Of a stretch of DNA of 25,175 nucleotides, positions 8,606 to 18,161 are shown in pieces. The notes beneath the pieces were generated by a model that was not told the DNA's origin, searched no databases, and saw only the letters and a list, made by a program, of their open reading frames with translations. The translations under genes and the position numbers were made by a program. Position 1 is the stretch's first letter. Each line of letters begins with the position of its first letter. The DNA is from Promethearchaeota archaeon (GTDB lineage: Archaea; Asgardarchaeota; Lokiarchaeia; Sigyniarchaeales; SOKP01): the NCBI GenBank assembly GCA_013375475.1, contig JABXKD010000055.1, forward strand, positions 1-25,175, read 5' to 3'.

Positions 8606-9064
8606 TTGCAATCAGATGAAAATAAGATTAAATTTTACGATAGATTAAAAGATTACAATGGTCAGATTTATACTGGGATGAAAATAGGTGGCACGCATAA
8701 ATGGCACTATAATAATGGTAAATGGTTTGAAACAAAAGTTGCCCCAGATCAATGGACTTTCAATTTTCAAAGTACCAAAACTCGATTCCTCTCAGCACCT
8801 ACGAATTCTGGTGCTAAGTTAAATACAAAATATCATTGGTATATAATAGCAGATCAAATTGCTTCGAAACTTGATGCCAATTCATATTTAACTAATATGA
8901 AAGGTATTAAATTTAAAATTGGTCATAAAAGACCAAATTGGAAGAAATATAGTTACCAATATCCAGAACAAGAATCCTATAAAGAACGCGTTATTAAAAT
9001 TCTAGAAAGTGCTTTAGATAACCTACGAAATGAAAAAATAGGAATAGAGAAATTCTCCTTATAA
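8606..9064 (+). CDS. Conserved hypothetical protein (basic, Trp/Tyr/His-rich)
   Basis: 152-aa ORF with a TTG start. YTGMKIGGTHKWHY...WFETKVAPDQW...YHWYIIADQ...KLDANSY...GIKFKIGHKRP resembles an uncharacterised conserved family (from recollection). Confidence 0.75.
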   Translation: MQSDENKIKFYDRLKDYNGQIYTGMKIGGTHKWHYNNGKWFETKVAPDQWTFNFQSTKTRFLSAPTNSGAKLNTKYHWYIIADQIASKLDANSYLTNMKGIKFKIGHKRPNWKKYSYQYPEQESYKERVIKILESALDNLRNEKIGIEKFSL

Positions 9065-9144
9065 TCTTAGTTTTTGATAAAATTTAATCGGTATAAGTTA
9101 CTCAAAAGAGAAAAAAATTTAACAAATTCTAGTTATTCATATTC

Positions 9145-10071
9145 ATGGATTTAGAAATTGCTAAAGAAATAACACTTGGGGATCAAGCATTATTTAACAG
9201 TTATTTTCTGAAATATCCTCCTCAAACATCTGAATTTACTTTTACGAACTTATACATGTGGAGAAATTTCTACGGTTTTAACTTTATGGAGTGGAGAGAG
9301 CATCTGTTGTTATTTTCACGAGACATTTTTGAAACAAAAAAAATCCCGGCATCAGGAAATAAAGAAGCGTTATATTTTTTTCCTCCAATAGGACCTAATC
9401 CAGCAGAAATTGTTGTGTCTCTCTTTGAAAAATTAAAAGATGTAGAATTTCATAGGGTTCCCGAAGGAATTACGGATAATGTTAGGAATCACAATAAGTT
9501 TTCTTCTTTAGGCATTGACATTTTAGAAGATAGAGACAATTGGGATTATGTATACGAGGCAGAGAACCTCAAAAACTTACCTGGAAATCGATACCGCCAA
9601 AATAGGAGGTGGTTGAACAAATTTTTAGAAACTTATAACTATGACTTTAAGATTTTAACTGAAAACGAAGTAGAGTTGTGCAAAAAACTTCAACTCGAGT
9701 GGTGCATTTACCGAGAGTGCGAAGATGACGATGAACTAAAAGCAGAAGAACAAGCAATATACGACGCTCTAGATAATTTTACAACTTTAGGGTTTCAAGG
9801 GGCATTACTTTGTGTAGATGATAAATGTGCCGCTTATACTTTTGGAGAAATGTTAAACCCAGAAACTATGGTAATTCACGTAGAAAAAGCCCATATGGAT
9901 TATGAAGGATCCTATCAAGCAATAGGCAATTTATTTTTGAAAAACAATGTCAAAAATTTTATTTACGTTAACCGAGAGCAAGATTTAGGCGTTCCTGGGC
10001 TAAGAAGGGTGAAAGAATCGTATAAACCTATTCGAATGGAAAAGAAGAGTATAATTTACCAAAAAACCTAA
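9145..10071 (+). CDS. DUF2156 / phosphatidylglycerol lysyltransferase C-terminal-like (double GNAT, aminoacyl-tRNA-dependent transferase fold) protein
   Basis: SEFTFTNLYMW, DRDNWDYVY...LPGNRY, VIHVEKA and YVNREQDLGVPGLRRVKESYKP are the DUF2156 signatures. Confidence 0.9.
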   Translation: MDLEIAKEITLGDQALFNSYFLKYPPQTSEFTFTNLYMWRNFYGFNFMEWREHLLLFSRDIFETKKIPASGNKEALYFFPPIGPNPAEIVVSLFEKLKDVEFHRVPEGITDNVRNHNKFSSLGIDILEDRDNWDYVYEAENLKNLPGNRYRQNRRWLNKFLETYNYDFKILTENEVELCKKLQLEWCIYRECEDDDELKAEEQAIYDALDNFTTLGFQGALLCVDDKCAAYTFGEMLNPETMVIHVEKAHMDYEGSYQAIGNLFLKNNVKNFIYVNREQDLGVPGLRRVKESYKPIRMEKKSIIYQKT

Positions 10072-10196
10072 AAAATAGGAATTGGTTTTATGAAAGTTTA
10101 AATACCTTTTTTAAATTGGTGAAATTAGGTAGAAATAATTAATATATTTGAATTTACATATAATACTAAAATAAATCAAAATTAATGTGAGTTACA

Positions 10197-11894
10197 ATGT
10201 CAGATGAAGAAAATTACGATAAGCAGTTAAAGACGGACAAAGTAGGAAATCTAATTGGAAAAACTACTACTCACACGGTTCAAGTTCAATTTTCTGATCC
10301 TACAATAGAACGAAATGCGTATTTTGTAATCTACGGAGAAAAAGACGAAGAAGGAAAGAGAGCAAATTACATGTTAAATATTAAATCGATGTGGAGTGAA
10401 GCGAAAGGAATGCTGGCAGACCTGCAAGTTTGTGGCGAGAGACCAAAAAGACCCTTCGACATAGGATCGGAAGTTTTCCGAGCAAGCGAACTCCAGATTA
10501 CCACATTATTAGGAATATCCAATCCACCGGAAGAATCTGTTTCTATTGGGAAATTAATTGGTTATGATTTCGATGTTAATTTATTAGTTAAGAACTTTGG
10601 GAGAATCTTTATTACCGGAAAATCTGGATCAGGAAAGAGCTATACGATGGGTGTACTTTGCGAAGAATTTATGAAAAAAGGAATTCCTCTGGTAATCTTA
10701 GACAGACACGGAGAATACGGGAGTCTAAAAGTAAAAGCGGGAGAAGATGAAAGAGCTGAAGGAGTTAAAGAAGAAAGCGAATTTGTAAGTAGCATTATTG
10801 AATACTCTGATTTGAGTGTAAACAAAGGAGGGGACATTGATGTAGAATACTTGTTTTCGCTAGACGCTACCGATATAGTTGCTCCAAACTTATGTTCCAT
10901 TGTGAATATGAGAGGAATGGATTTGAACGTACAAGAAATGATTGCTGGGAAGCTTCTGAAGAAATTATATCAAGCTAGTACTGGCAGAAGAATTGCTCCG
11001 TTTTACTTATTGCTTGATGAAGCTCATTTATTTGCTGGAAAAAAACAATCCGAGGTATGTGATGTAGTAAAATTATTCTCACAAGAAGGACGCAAGTTCG
11101 GTGCTAATTTAATCATCGGTACCCAAAGACCTCAGTTACTGGACACAACTATACGAGCACAAGCAGGAAGTTGGGTTGTCCATAATTTAACCGATATTCG
11201 AGATATTGATGTTACCATTTCAAGCGCAGAGGATTTAACTCGGAGCAATAAAACAGATATTCAAGGATTAGACAAAGGTGAATCAATCTTATGTGGGGAA
11301 GCAATTAAAGGAATACCTTTGTTTGTAAAAATACGTAAAAGAACAACTGCTCATGGTGGAATAGGTTTTAATCCACTTGACTATCTTTCAGAACATACAG
11401 TGGAAGAACTACAAAAGCGTAAGCAAAAGATTCTAGGAGAAAAAAGTGCTAACGAATTAGAAACTGGAAAAACTATTTTTGAAGAAATCACGGCGCCTAA
11501 AACATCAGCAGAATACTTAGATCAGATTGTTTTTTTAAAAATTAGAATAAAGGAGTTGGAAGACGAAATAGGAATGTTAAAAGAGAGGATAATGGATATT
11601 GAGGAAAGTGGAGGAGCTCCATTATCAATAGAAAATATTACTGGTGACGATGCAATTGAAGACCTACAAACTGAATTAAAAGTGTGGCAGGAAAAATATA
11701 ATTACCTTAAAGAAAACATGGACAATCCAGACTCCGCAATATCTACCGGGGAAGGAAATAGCGAATTGATTCTCGGACTTCAAAATAGAGCAATTGAATT
11801 AGACGCACAAGTGAAAAAATATAAGTCTCACTATACTGACGCACTTTTATTAGCAGAAAAGGCAATCAATGAATTAAAAAAGCGAAAAGGATAG
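10197..11894 (+). CDS. HerA/FtsK-superfamily (DUF87) ATPase with C-terminal coiled coil
   Basis: N-terminal HAS-barrel-like region, Walker A ITGKSGSGKS, LDRHGEY, Walker B LLLDEAH, arginine finger EGRKFG, and GTQRP. The tail (about aa 440-565) is heptad-rich. Confidence 0.88.
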   Translation: MSDEENYDKQLKTDKVGNLIGKTTTHTVQVQFSDPTIERNAYFVIYGEKDEEGKRANYMLNIKSMWSEAKGMLADLQVCGERPKRPFDIGSEVFRASELQITTLLGISNPPEESVSIGKLIGYDFDVNLLVKNFGRIFITGKSGSGKSYTMGVLCEEFMKKGIPLVILDRHGEYGSLKVKAGEDERAEGVKEESEFVSSIIEYSDLSVNKGGDIDVEYLFSLDATDIVAPNLCSIVNMRGMDLNVQEMIAGKLLKKLYQASTGRRIAPFYLLLDEAHLFAGKKQSEVCDVVKLFSQEGRKFGANLIIGTQRPQLLDTTIRAQAGSWVVHNLTDIRDIDVTISSAEDLTRSNKTDIQGLDKGESILCGEAIKGIPLFVKIRKRTTAHGGIGFNPLDYLSEHTVEELQKRKQKILGEKSANELETGKTIFEEITAPKTSAEYLDQIVFLKIRIKELEDEIGMLKERIMDIEESGGAPLSIENITGDDAIEDLQTELKVWQEKYNYLKENMDNPDSAISTGEGNSELILGLQNRAIELDAQVKKYKSHYTDALLLAEKAINELKKRKG

Positions 11895-12059
11895 AATCTT
11901 TAACCTAATTCTTATTTTATATATAATATACCACATTACTTTTCTAATTTCTTATTTATACTTAAATTGTTAAAATTATTTGAGAAATCATTAATTTTAT
12001 TTTAGATATCTCTAATTAATACTTATTATTATTAAAACGAATGAAAAACAAGTGTTATT

Positions 12060-13127
12060 ATGGATATTAAAAGCATAAAATCTCTCCAAGAAGAATTATC
12101 TACTCTTATTGGAGTTTCAGGTCATGAGGACGATGTTAGCAATTATATTTTGAATTTAATAGAGAAGGAGAATCTAGCTGATAAAGCTTGGATTGATCCT
12201 TTAGGAAATGTACTGGCAATAAAAATTGGGACAACTGGGAAGGAGAGAATATTATTAGATGCTCACATCGATGAAATAGGATTTATGGTTTCTCATATTG
12301 AAAAAAGTGGATTTTTAAGGTTTGTTCCGATCGGAGGTTGGGATCAACGGATATTATTAGGGCAAGCCGTAATCGTCCGTTCTAAAGTGGGAGAAAAATT
12401 TCATGGTATAATTGGCTCAAAACCTCCACATCTTACAACAGCAAACGAAAGAAAGAAACCTGTAGAAATCCCTGATATGTATATTGACATAGGGATGAAC
12501 TCAATAGAGGAGGTTAAGAATAATAATATTGATATAGGAACAACTGGAACACTCTTTTCTCCATTCGTCGATTTCCCAAATAATATGGTTCGCGGTAAGG
12601 CATTTGACGATCGCACCGCATGCAATTTGCTCATCCAAGTTTTAAGATTATTAAAAGAAGATCCGTCGTTTGAAGACACAGTATTATTTAATTTTGCTGT
12701 TCAAGAGGAAGTTGGAGGGAGGGGTGCGATCACAGGAGCTTTTAAGCTTGAACCAACAATGGCTCTTGCGATAGAAAATACCACAGCTGCCGATGTTCCA
12801 GGTATAAGAGAAGCACAAATCCCGGTATTTATAGGAAAAGGTCCAGCAATTACCGTTGCTGACATATCAATGATCTCTAGCCCAAAAGTTAACGAGAGGC
12901 TTGTCAAAAATGCTGAACTTGATAAAATTCCGTATCAATTCAAGAAGCCCATGTATGGAGGGACAGACGCAGGCAAAATTCATATTTCTCGTTCCGGAGT
13001 ACCCAGTTCTGTGGTTTCAGTCCCTTGTAGATATATACATTCTCCAACATCGCTGCTAAAATTAGATGATATTCTCGATACTGTTCATTTTATTGACGCT
13101 TACATACGAAATAAGGCTGGTGCTTAA
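12060..13127 (+). CDS. M42 family (TET-like) aminopeptidase
   Basis: GVSGHE, DAHIDEIG, GKAFDDR, VQEEVG, GGTDAG and RYIHSP. Confidence 0.95.
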   Translation: MDIKSIKSLQEELSTLIGVSGHEDDVSNYILNLIEKENLADKAWIDPLGNVLAIKIGTTGKERILLDAHIDEIGFMVSHIEKSGFLRFVPIGGWDQRILLGQAVIVRSKVGEKFHGIIGSKPPHLTTANERKKPVEIPDMYIDIGMNSIEEVKNNNIDIGTTGTLFSPFVDFPNNMVRGKAFDDRTACNLLIQVLRLLKEDPSFEDTVLFNFAVQEEVGGRGAITGAFKLEPTMALAIENTTAADVPGIREAQIPVFIGKGPAITVADISMISSPKVNERLVKNAELDKIPYQFKKPMYGGTDAGKIHISRSGVPSSVVSVPCRYIHSPTSLLKLDDILDTVHFIDAYIRNKAGA

Positions 13128-13129
13128 GG

Positions 13130-13159
13130 AAAAAAAGGAAAAAAAAAATTTTTTAATTT
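13130..13159. terminator. Bidirectional oligo-A/oligo-T terminator between convergent M42 and MFS genes
   Basis: A7-GG-A10 followed by T6-AA-T3 fills the 32-nt gap between the two stop codons. Confidence 0.55.
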
Positions 13160-14470
13160 TTATCTTTGTTTTGGTGGTTTAAGTATAAAAGCTAAAATTG
13201 CAGATCCAACAGACATTGCTCCCATTACTATAAATAATATCAGGTAGCTACCAAAAATGCTAACGAATAAATTTACACCAACAGCACCAATAAATCCTGC
13301 GACACCATAAGCTGTAAAGACAATTCCATAGTTAGGCCCTAGATTTTTTGATCCAAACAAATCAGCAGTAGCCGTTGGAAATAGACTGAAATTACCCCCA
13401 AAACAGAAAAAGATTGCACATGTTACTACTAAGAAATATAACTCGCTTACATTGGTAGTGAAGTAGATAAACATGAGAATTGCTTGAGTTGTGAACATTA
13501 CCAACATAGTTTTCTTGTAAGTAATCATGTCCGCCAATTTCCCCCAAACTATTCTACCTAATCCGTTGAATAAAGCTGCTAAGCTACCAATTAATACGAA
13601 ATCACTGGTCCCAATAATGTACTTAAATACACTAGGGGATGAATATGTTTTAGCAAATGCAGAAAAAGATCCAATTACCATTAGGCCAGACATTGCACTT
13701 AATGCAAAAGCGGCCCAAAGCATCCAAAATTGGGGCAATTTCACAGTTTGACCTCGTTCGAACTCCAAACCGGATATTCCACTTTCTTCGGAAGGAGGAG
13801 GGGGCGTCCATCCATCAGGCTTCCAGCCTTCAGGGGGGTTGCTCAGTGTCATTGCTCCTCCTATAACAAGAACGATGTAAATAATACCTAAAACTATGAA
13901 CATTATCGGAATGTTTGGAGAAATTACATCAACAAAATTGGGTGCGGTGTCTGACAACCCTGTAGGGTTAGCTAATGCCTTTATTACATAATTAAAAACG
14001 AAGGCACCTGCACCAAACCCTGCCACAGCAATTCCATTAATAAATCCTTTTTTATCTGGAAACCATTTACCCGCTGAAGCAATAGGACATACATAACCAA
14101 ACCCAATACCTGCTCCAAAGATAATTCCGTACGTAATTAAAAGACCTATAAATGTTGGCATAAATGCAGATAAAATTAAACCAATTCCAATTAATATTCC
14201 TCCCAGGATTGCTATTTTTTTAGGACCATATTTTTGTTGTAATTTACCCGCAAAAATCATCGTAATCGCAAAGGTTAATAATCCAACTCCGAAAATATAC
14301 ACCGTAACTTCTCTAACAATATTCGGATCCAAACTCATAGTCAAGTTCAAATAAGGACTTACAAACACCGTCATAGTTCCCCACGAATAAATCGTTCCTA
14401 AAGCTAATTGTATTAGTATTGCTCCTATTACAACGATCCATCGATTCCTTACTTTTTGTTCAGTCGACAT
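13160..14470 (-). CDS. MFS transporter, oxalate/formate antiporter (OFA) family
   Basis: 12 TM helices. NRWIVVIGAILIQLALGTIYSW, KWFPDKKGFINGIAVAGFGAGA, NGLGRIVWGKLAD and FGSKNLGPNYG. Confidence 0.92.
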   Translation of the reverse strand: MSTEQKVRNRWIVVIGAILIQLALGTIYSWGTMTVFVSPYLNLTMSLDPNIVREVTVYIFGVGLLTFAITMIFAGKLQQKYGPKKIAILGGILIGIGLILSAFMPTFIGLLITYGIIFGAGIGFGYVCPIASAGKWFPDKKGFINGIAVAGFGAGAFVFNYVIKALANPTGLSDTAPNFVDVISPNIPIMFIVLGIIYIVLVIGGAMTLSNPPEGWKPDGWTPPPPSEESGISGLEFERGQTVKLPQFWMLWAAFALSAMSGLMVIGSFSAFAKTYSSPSVFKYIIGTSDFVLIGSLAALFNGLGRIVWGKLADMITYKKTMLVMFTTQAILMFIYFTTNVSELYFLVVTCAIFFCFGGNFSLFPTATADLFGSKNLGPNYGIVFTAYGVAGFIGAVGVNLFVSIFGSYLILFIVMGAMSVGSAILAFILKPPKQR

Positions 14471-14613
14471 TTTTTATCAAGATAAGTATTTTATTATGTT
14501 TAGAAGGTATGTGAAAGATAAAAACATTTCATAAATAATTTATTGAGAATTCTACTCGGATTTTACCAGATTTAAATCAAGATCAGCATTCAACTTCTAT
14601 ATTATTAATTTAG

Positions 14614-14633
14614 GAAAAAAGAGTTTTTATATA
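14614..14633 (+). promoter_or_regulatory. Putative BRE/TATA promoter of the hydrolase gene (leaderless or very short leader)
   Basis: GAAAAAAGAG..TTTATATA with the TATA box at 14626-14633, ending 23 nt before ATG 14657, which is the spacing expected for a leaderless archaeal mRNA. Confidence 0.45.
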
Positions 14634-14656
14634 ATATAAAATCTAAATATAGAACT

Positions 14657-16354
14657 ATGAATACATTAAATCTAACGAAAAAAAGAATCACATTAATTTG
14701 CATATTTCTCGCTCTTTTTACACTTGGCACTGTGTTCATTTTTATAACACCTCCTACCGTTAAAAGTACATACGGTTTATCTACTGAAACGAGCGATGGC
14801 GTAACTATTTCTTTTAATATTTTTGAACCAACAAATGGCGGATCAAACAGACCAGTTATTTTAATTGGTCACGGTTCTATGGTTAATAAAGAAATGGTGA
14901 AAGGATACGCATTAGAATTAGCAGCAGCAGGATTTGTTGCCGTTCCGTTCGATTTTAGAGGACACGGACAAAGTAGTATGGTAGAACCAGATAATAAGAC
15001 AAAAGATATAATTGCGATAATCCAGTATCTTAGCACTTGGGATGATGTTGATATAACATCTTTGGGGTATATAGGATATAGCATGGGAGGTTTAGGACAA
15101 CAACTTATTGATAGCGATTTATCGTTTAAATGTTTTATAGGGATTGGTACGTGGTTATATCCAACTCTAAGGACTGGGACTTCGGCCGATCCATTAAATG
15201 TGCTCATGATTCAGGCGTTATTTGACGAAGCTGTTGAGCTTCCAGCTCTTAAAGAAAGTTTAGCAATTAGAGTGGGAATTCCCGTTTCAAATGTAGATAC
15301 AAATAAATTGTACGGATCATTCCAGCAAGGAAACGCTTCTATGATTTATTTAGACGATAACAGTAATCACCTCACACTTGCCTGGGACCCAGATTTTATT
15401 CGTGAAGCAAGAGATTGGGCTATTAATTCGTTTGATCTCGATGTTGTAGATGAAACCTACTATGTAAATATAAGGGGACTTATTTTATTGATGCAAGTGA
15501 TTGGAGGAATCGGATTTTTCTTTTTAGCCTTAGAACCTCTATCAAAATTAATCCTAAAAAAGAAAAGCAAAAGAGGTAACGAGCTTCAATTTTATAAAAT
15601 CGACACCACAGACATTTCTATTAAAAATATTGCAATTAAATCGATAGTCTATCCCATCGTGCTTGGCATTCCTGGTGTATTAATATTCATACCTTTATTA
15701 CTAATTTTGCCTTTAGCAGTCGCTGGTTTTGTAGTAGCCTTATTATTTGGTCAAGCTTTTGGATTGATGATATTACTCTGGAGAATAGGAAAAAAGACAA
15801 GCTTAACTTTCAGAAAAATACTAATGGAGCCATTTAAGGCAAGAAGAAGTTTTCTTAGACAAGCATTGTTAGGATTAGTTTTAGCAATTTTACTTTATTT
15901 AATTGTGTATGCCTCAATTGGTTTAAACTATCTAGGATTATTTCCTTCGATTACTAAATTTTGGACAATACCTATTTACTTCGTTATTTGTTTCTTTGTA
16001 ATTCTAATTCTGAACCTGTTGACTCAAGCGGTACTTCAAAACAAATTCACTGATTCTATTAAAGACAATTTAAAAGTCGTATTTTTAGGGACGATTTTTC
16101 CACTTTTGTATTACATCGTTTATCTACTACTTGTAGCTCTTCTCACAAGAAGCTTGTTTTACTTTGGAACCTTTATTCCTATTTCGATACTTATGTTCGC
16201 TTTAACTTCGGCTGTTTCTGTTTTAAGTTATAGAAAAACGGGGAACATTATAACTGGAACTATAATTAACGCGGTATTATTGACTTTTCTGATTGTCACC
16301 ATATCCACGCCACAAAGTGGGTTTTCTTTTATAGCGATGATGTTATTTCATTAA
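14657..16354 (+). CDS. Alpha/beta-fold hydrolase fused to a multi-pass membrane domain
   Basis: N-terminal TM/signal, GHG, DFRGHGQS, nucleophile elbow GYSMGG, probable Asp (FDE) and His (SNHL), then about 8 C-terminal TM helices. Confidence 0.85.
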   Translation: MNTLNLTKKRITLICIFLALFTLGTVFIFITPPTVKSTYGLSTETSDGVTISFNIFEPTNGGSNRPVILIGHGSMVNKEMVKGYALELAAAGFVAVPFDFRGHGQSSMVEPDNKTKDIIAIIQYLSTWDDVDITSLGYIGYSMGGLGQQLIDSDLSFKCFIGIGTWLYPTLRTGTSADPLNVLMIQALFDEAVELPALKESLAIRVGIPVSNVDTNKLYGSFQQGNASMIYLDDNSNHLTLAWDPDFIREARDWAINSFDLDVVDETYYVNIRGLILLMQVIGGIGFFFLALEPLSKLILKKKSKRGNELQFYKIDTTDISIKNIAIKSIVYPIVLGIPGVLIFIPLLLILPLAVAGFVVALLFGQAFGLMILLWRIGKKTSLTFRKILMEPFKARRSFLRQALLGLVLAILLYLIVYASIGLNYLGLFPSITKFWTIPIYFVICFFVILILNLLTQAVLQNKFTDSIKDNLKVVFLGTIFPLLYYIVYLLLVALLTRSLFYFGTFIPISILMFALTSAVSVLSYRKTGNIITGTIINAVLLTFLIVTISTPQSGFSFIAMMLFH

Positions 16355-16521
16355 AAAATATTTTCAAACTTTTTTTTTTAATTTTATATAGTTATTTTAA
16401 CCAAAGAGTGCCTTACTTTAGTAATAAAAAGCATCTAGATTAAACTAATGTAAAAAGCTAAAAATCTTATAAATTATTGTAAATATATTTGTATTAAGAA
16501 AATAATTCCTTATTGATATAG

Positions 16522-16893
16522 ATGTCGTCTTTTAAAGGATTCTTGTGGTCATTTGTTTTTTTGCTCACTGCTGCAATTTATAGTTCAATCCCAACATACC
16601 TCATATTTAGTTATTGGGCGTGGTTGGGCACGCTAAGATTTGATGGTGAACCAATTTATACTCTTTTGTTATTTGTATTATTTCTATGGATTGTAGCCTT
16701 AATCATTACTTTAATATATATTGTAGCCATGATTCGGGCAATCATTCAAAGAAAAAACGAGGATTCGGGGATCCCAAAAGGGGTTTATCGCTTCGGATTT
16801 GTTTCTACAATAGCAATTATTGCTTACATGGTTGTATGGTATATCCTATTTAACGAAATAGCGTTTTTCTCAATGCTACCTCCTCCTCTTTAA
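16522..16893 (+). CDS. Hypothetical small membrane protein (about 3 TM)
   Basis: 123-aa ORF with three hydrophobic segments that fills the gap between neighbouring genes. Confidence 0.7.
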   Translation: MSSFKGFLWSFVFLLTAAIYSSIPTYLIFSYWAWLGTLRFDGEPIYTLLLFVLFLWIVALIITLIYIVAMIRAIIQRKNEDSGIPKGVYRFGFVSTIAIIAYMVVWYILFNEIAFFSMLPPPL

Positions 16894-16934
16894 CAAGAAA
16901 GAATAAAATTGGAGGTTCAATTTTAAATTGAAGT

Positions 16935-18113
16935 TTATTCAAGGTTAATTGGATAGTTTCCAAACTCTTTTGTAGCGTCTACCATCCAACGCAAATTATC
17001 TACTTTTACACCGGGATGCATATTAGCCGCACTTACCATAAATCCTCCTCCTGGACCAGCAGTCTTAATTGCATATTTTACTGAGTTATAAACTTCCTCT
17101 TTAGTTCCGTAAACTAAATCATGAGCGACATCAATGTTACCCATCAAACATAGCTTGTCTCCAACCTTTTTTTTCACTAATGCAAGATCTACTCCTGCTG
17201 TTGGTTCAAGACTTTGAAGCCCATCAAATCCACAATCAACTACGAAGTCTAACAATGGAGTGACTTGTCCATCTGTATGAAGTACGATCTTTTGTCCCTT
17301 TTCATGGACGGTATCTGTAATAATTCGATAAGCAGGTAAGAGTAATTCTGTGAATTTCTTTGGGCTCATCATGGGTCCTGTATGATACGCCAAATCCCCC
17401 GATTCCACAAAGACTTCTGCTCCCACTTCCATATAAGCTTTGTAACATTCTGCGGTAAACGTTGCAATAACTTCATGCACTTCCTTTATAAATTTTGGAT
17501 TTTTGTGCAACATCTTTGAATAATATGGCATCCCCATCCCCTGGGAAGCACTTTCAAACACGCCAGCTAAATCATTAGTCACAATTACAAAGATTTTATC
17601 TTTATGTTTTTTATTTATCCGTCTATAGAATTTTTTAACCATCTTTGTATATTTTTCTGTTGCGGGTCCTTCGATTTCAGCTTTCACTTCTTCCCACTTT
17701 TCTGGACTATTCATTGTACCGTATAAGTAATACGGATTAAAATTTCCCTCATTATCGCGAATTTCCCAAATCCTTCCGAAGATATCACTCATCAGAAGGC
17801 GATCATCATCAGGAAGATCCACAACTTCTAGTGGTACGATTCCAACCTGCATCGTGTCTAATCCTATAGCGGCGGCAGCTTCTACACATCGGGAGAAAAC
17901 AGAGGTCTCTACAGCATCGAGTAAATTACTTAATTCCTCTCGCCAACCTTCGGGATTATCCTTTTTCATTTGCTCTACGGTGTCGAAATCAGATATTTGA
18001 GGTTTTCCTAGTATTATATCTACATTATTAGCGTCAATTAAAATGGTGTGGCAAGGAACCCTATCTGGCGTTCCTAAATTTAATGCGGTTAAAACTCTTT
18101 CTCTACATTCCAT
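16935..18113 (-). CDS. Uroporphyrinogen decarboxylase (URO-D)/MtaA-CmuA superfamily protein
   Basis: RERVLTALNLGTPDRVP, D.FGRIW, GDLAYHTGPMMSP, LHTDG, LCLMGNID and GPGGGF. Confidence 0.88.
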   Translation of the reverse strand: MECRERVLTALNLGTPDRVPCHTILIDANNVDIILGKPQISDFDTVEQMKKDNPEGWREELSNLLDAVETSVFSRCVEAAAAIGLDTMQVGIVPLEVVDLPDDDRLLMSDIFGRIWEIRDNEGNFNPYYLYGTMNSPEKWEEVKAEIEGPATEKYTKMVKKFYRRINKKHKDKIFVIVTNDLAGVFESASQGMGMPYYSKMLHKNPKFIKEVHEVIATFTAECYKAYMEVGAEVFVESGDLAYHTGPMMSPKKFTELLLPAYRIITDTVHEKGQKIVLHTDGQVTPLLDFVVDCGFDGLQSLEPTAGVDLALVKKKVGDKLCLMGNIDVAHDLVYGTKEEVYNSVKYAIKTAGPGGGFMVSAANMHPGVKVDNLRWMVDATKEFGNYPINLE

Positions 18114-18161
18114 TTTATTTTCACAATTTCTACTAAATTATATGAAGTCTAGATATTAGGT

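Noticed and set aside
8606-11894. HerA-based anti-phage defence system
   Set aside because: There is no recognisable Sir2, nuclease or other effector partner and no defence-island or mobile context. The neighbours look like housekeeping genes.
11905-12030. Imperfect direct repeats CTAATT(T)CTTATTT(T)ATA in the HerA-M42 gap
   Set aside because: Only 2-3 short degenerate AT-rich copies with no regular spacers. This is not a CRISPR array and is compatible with chance or terminator sequence.
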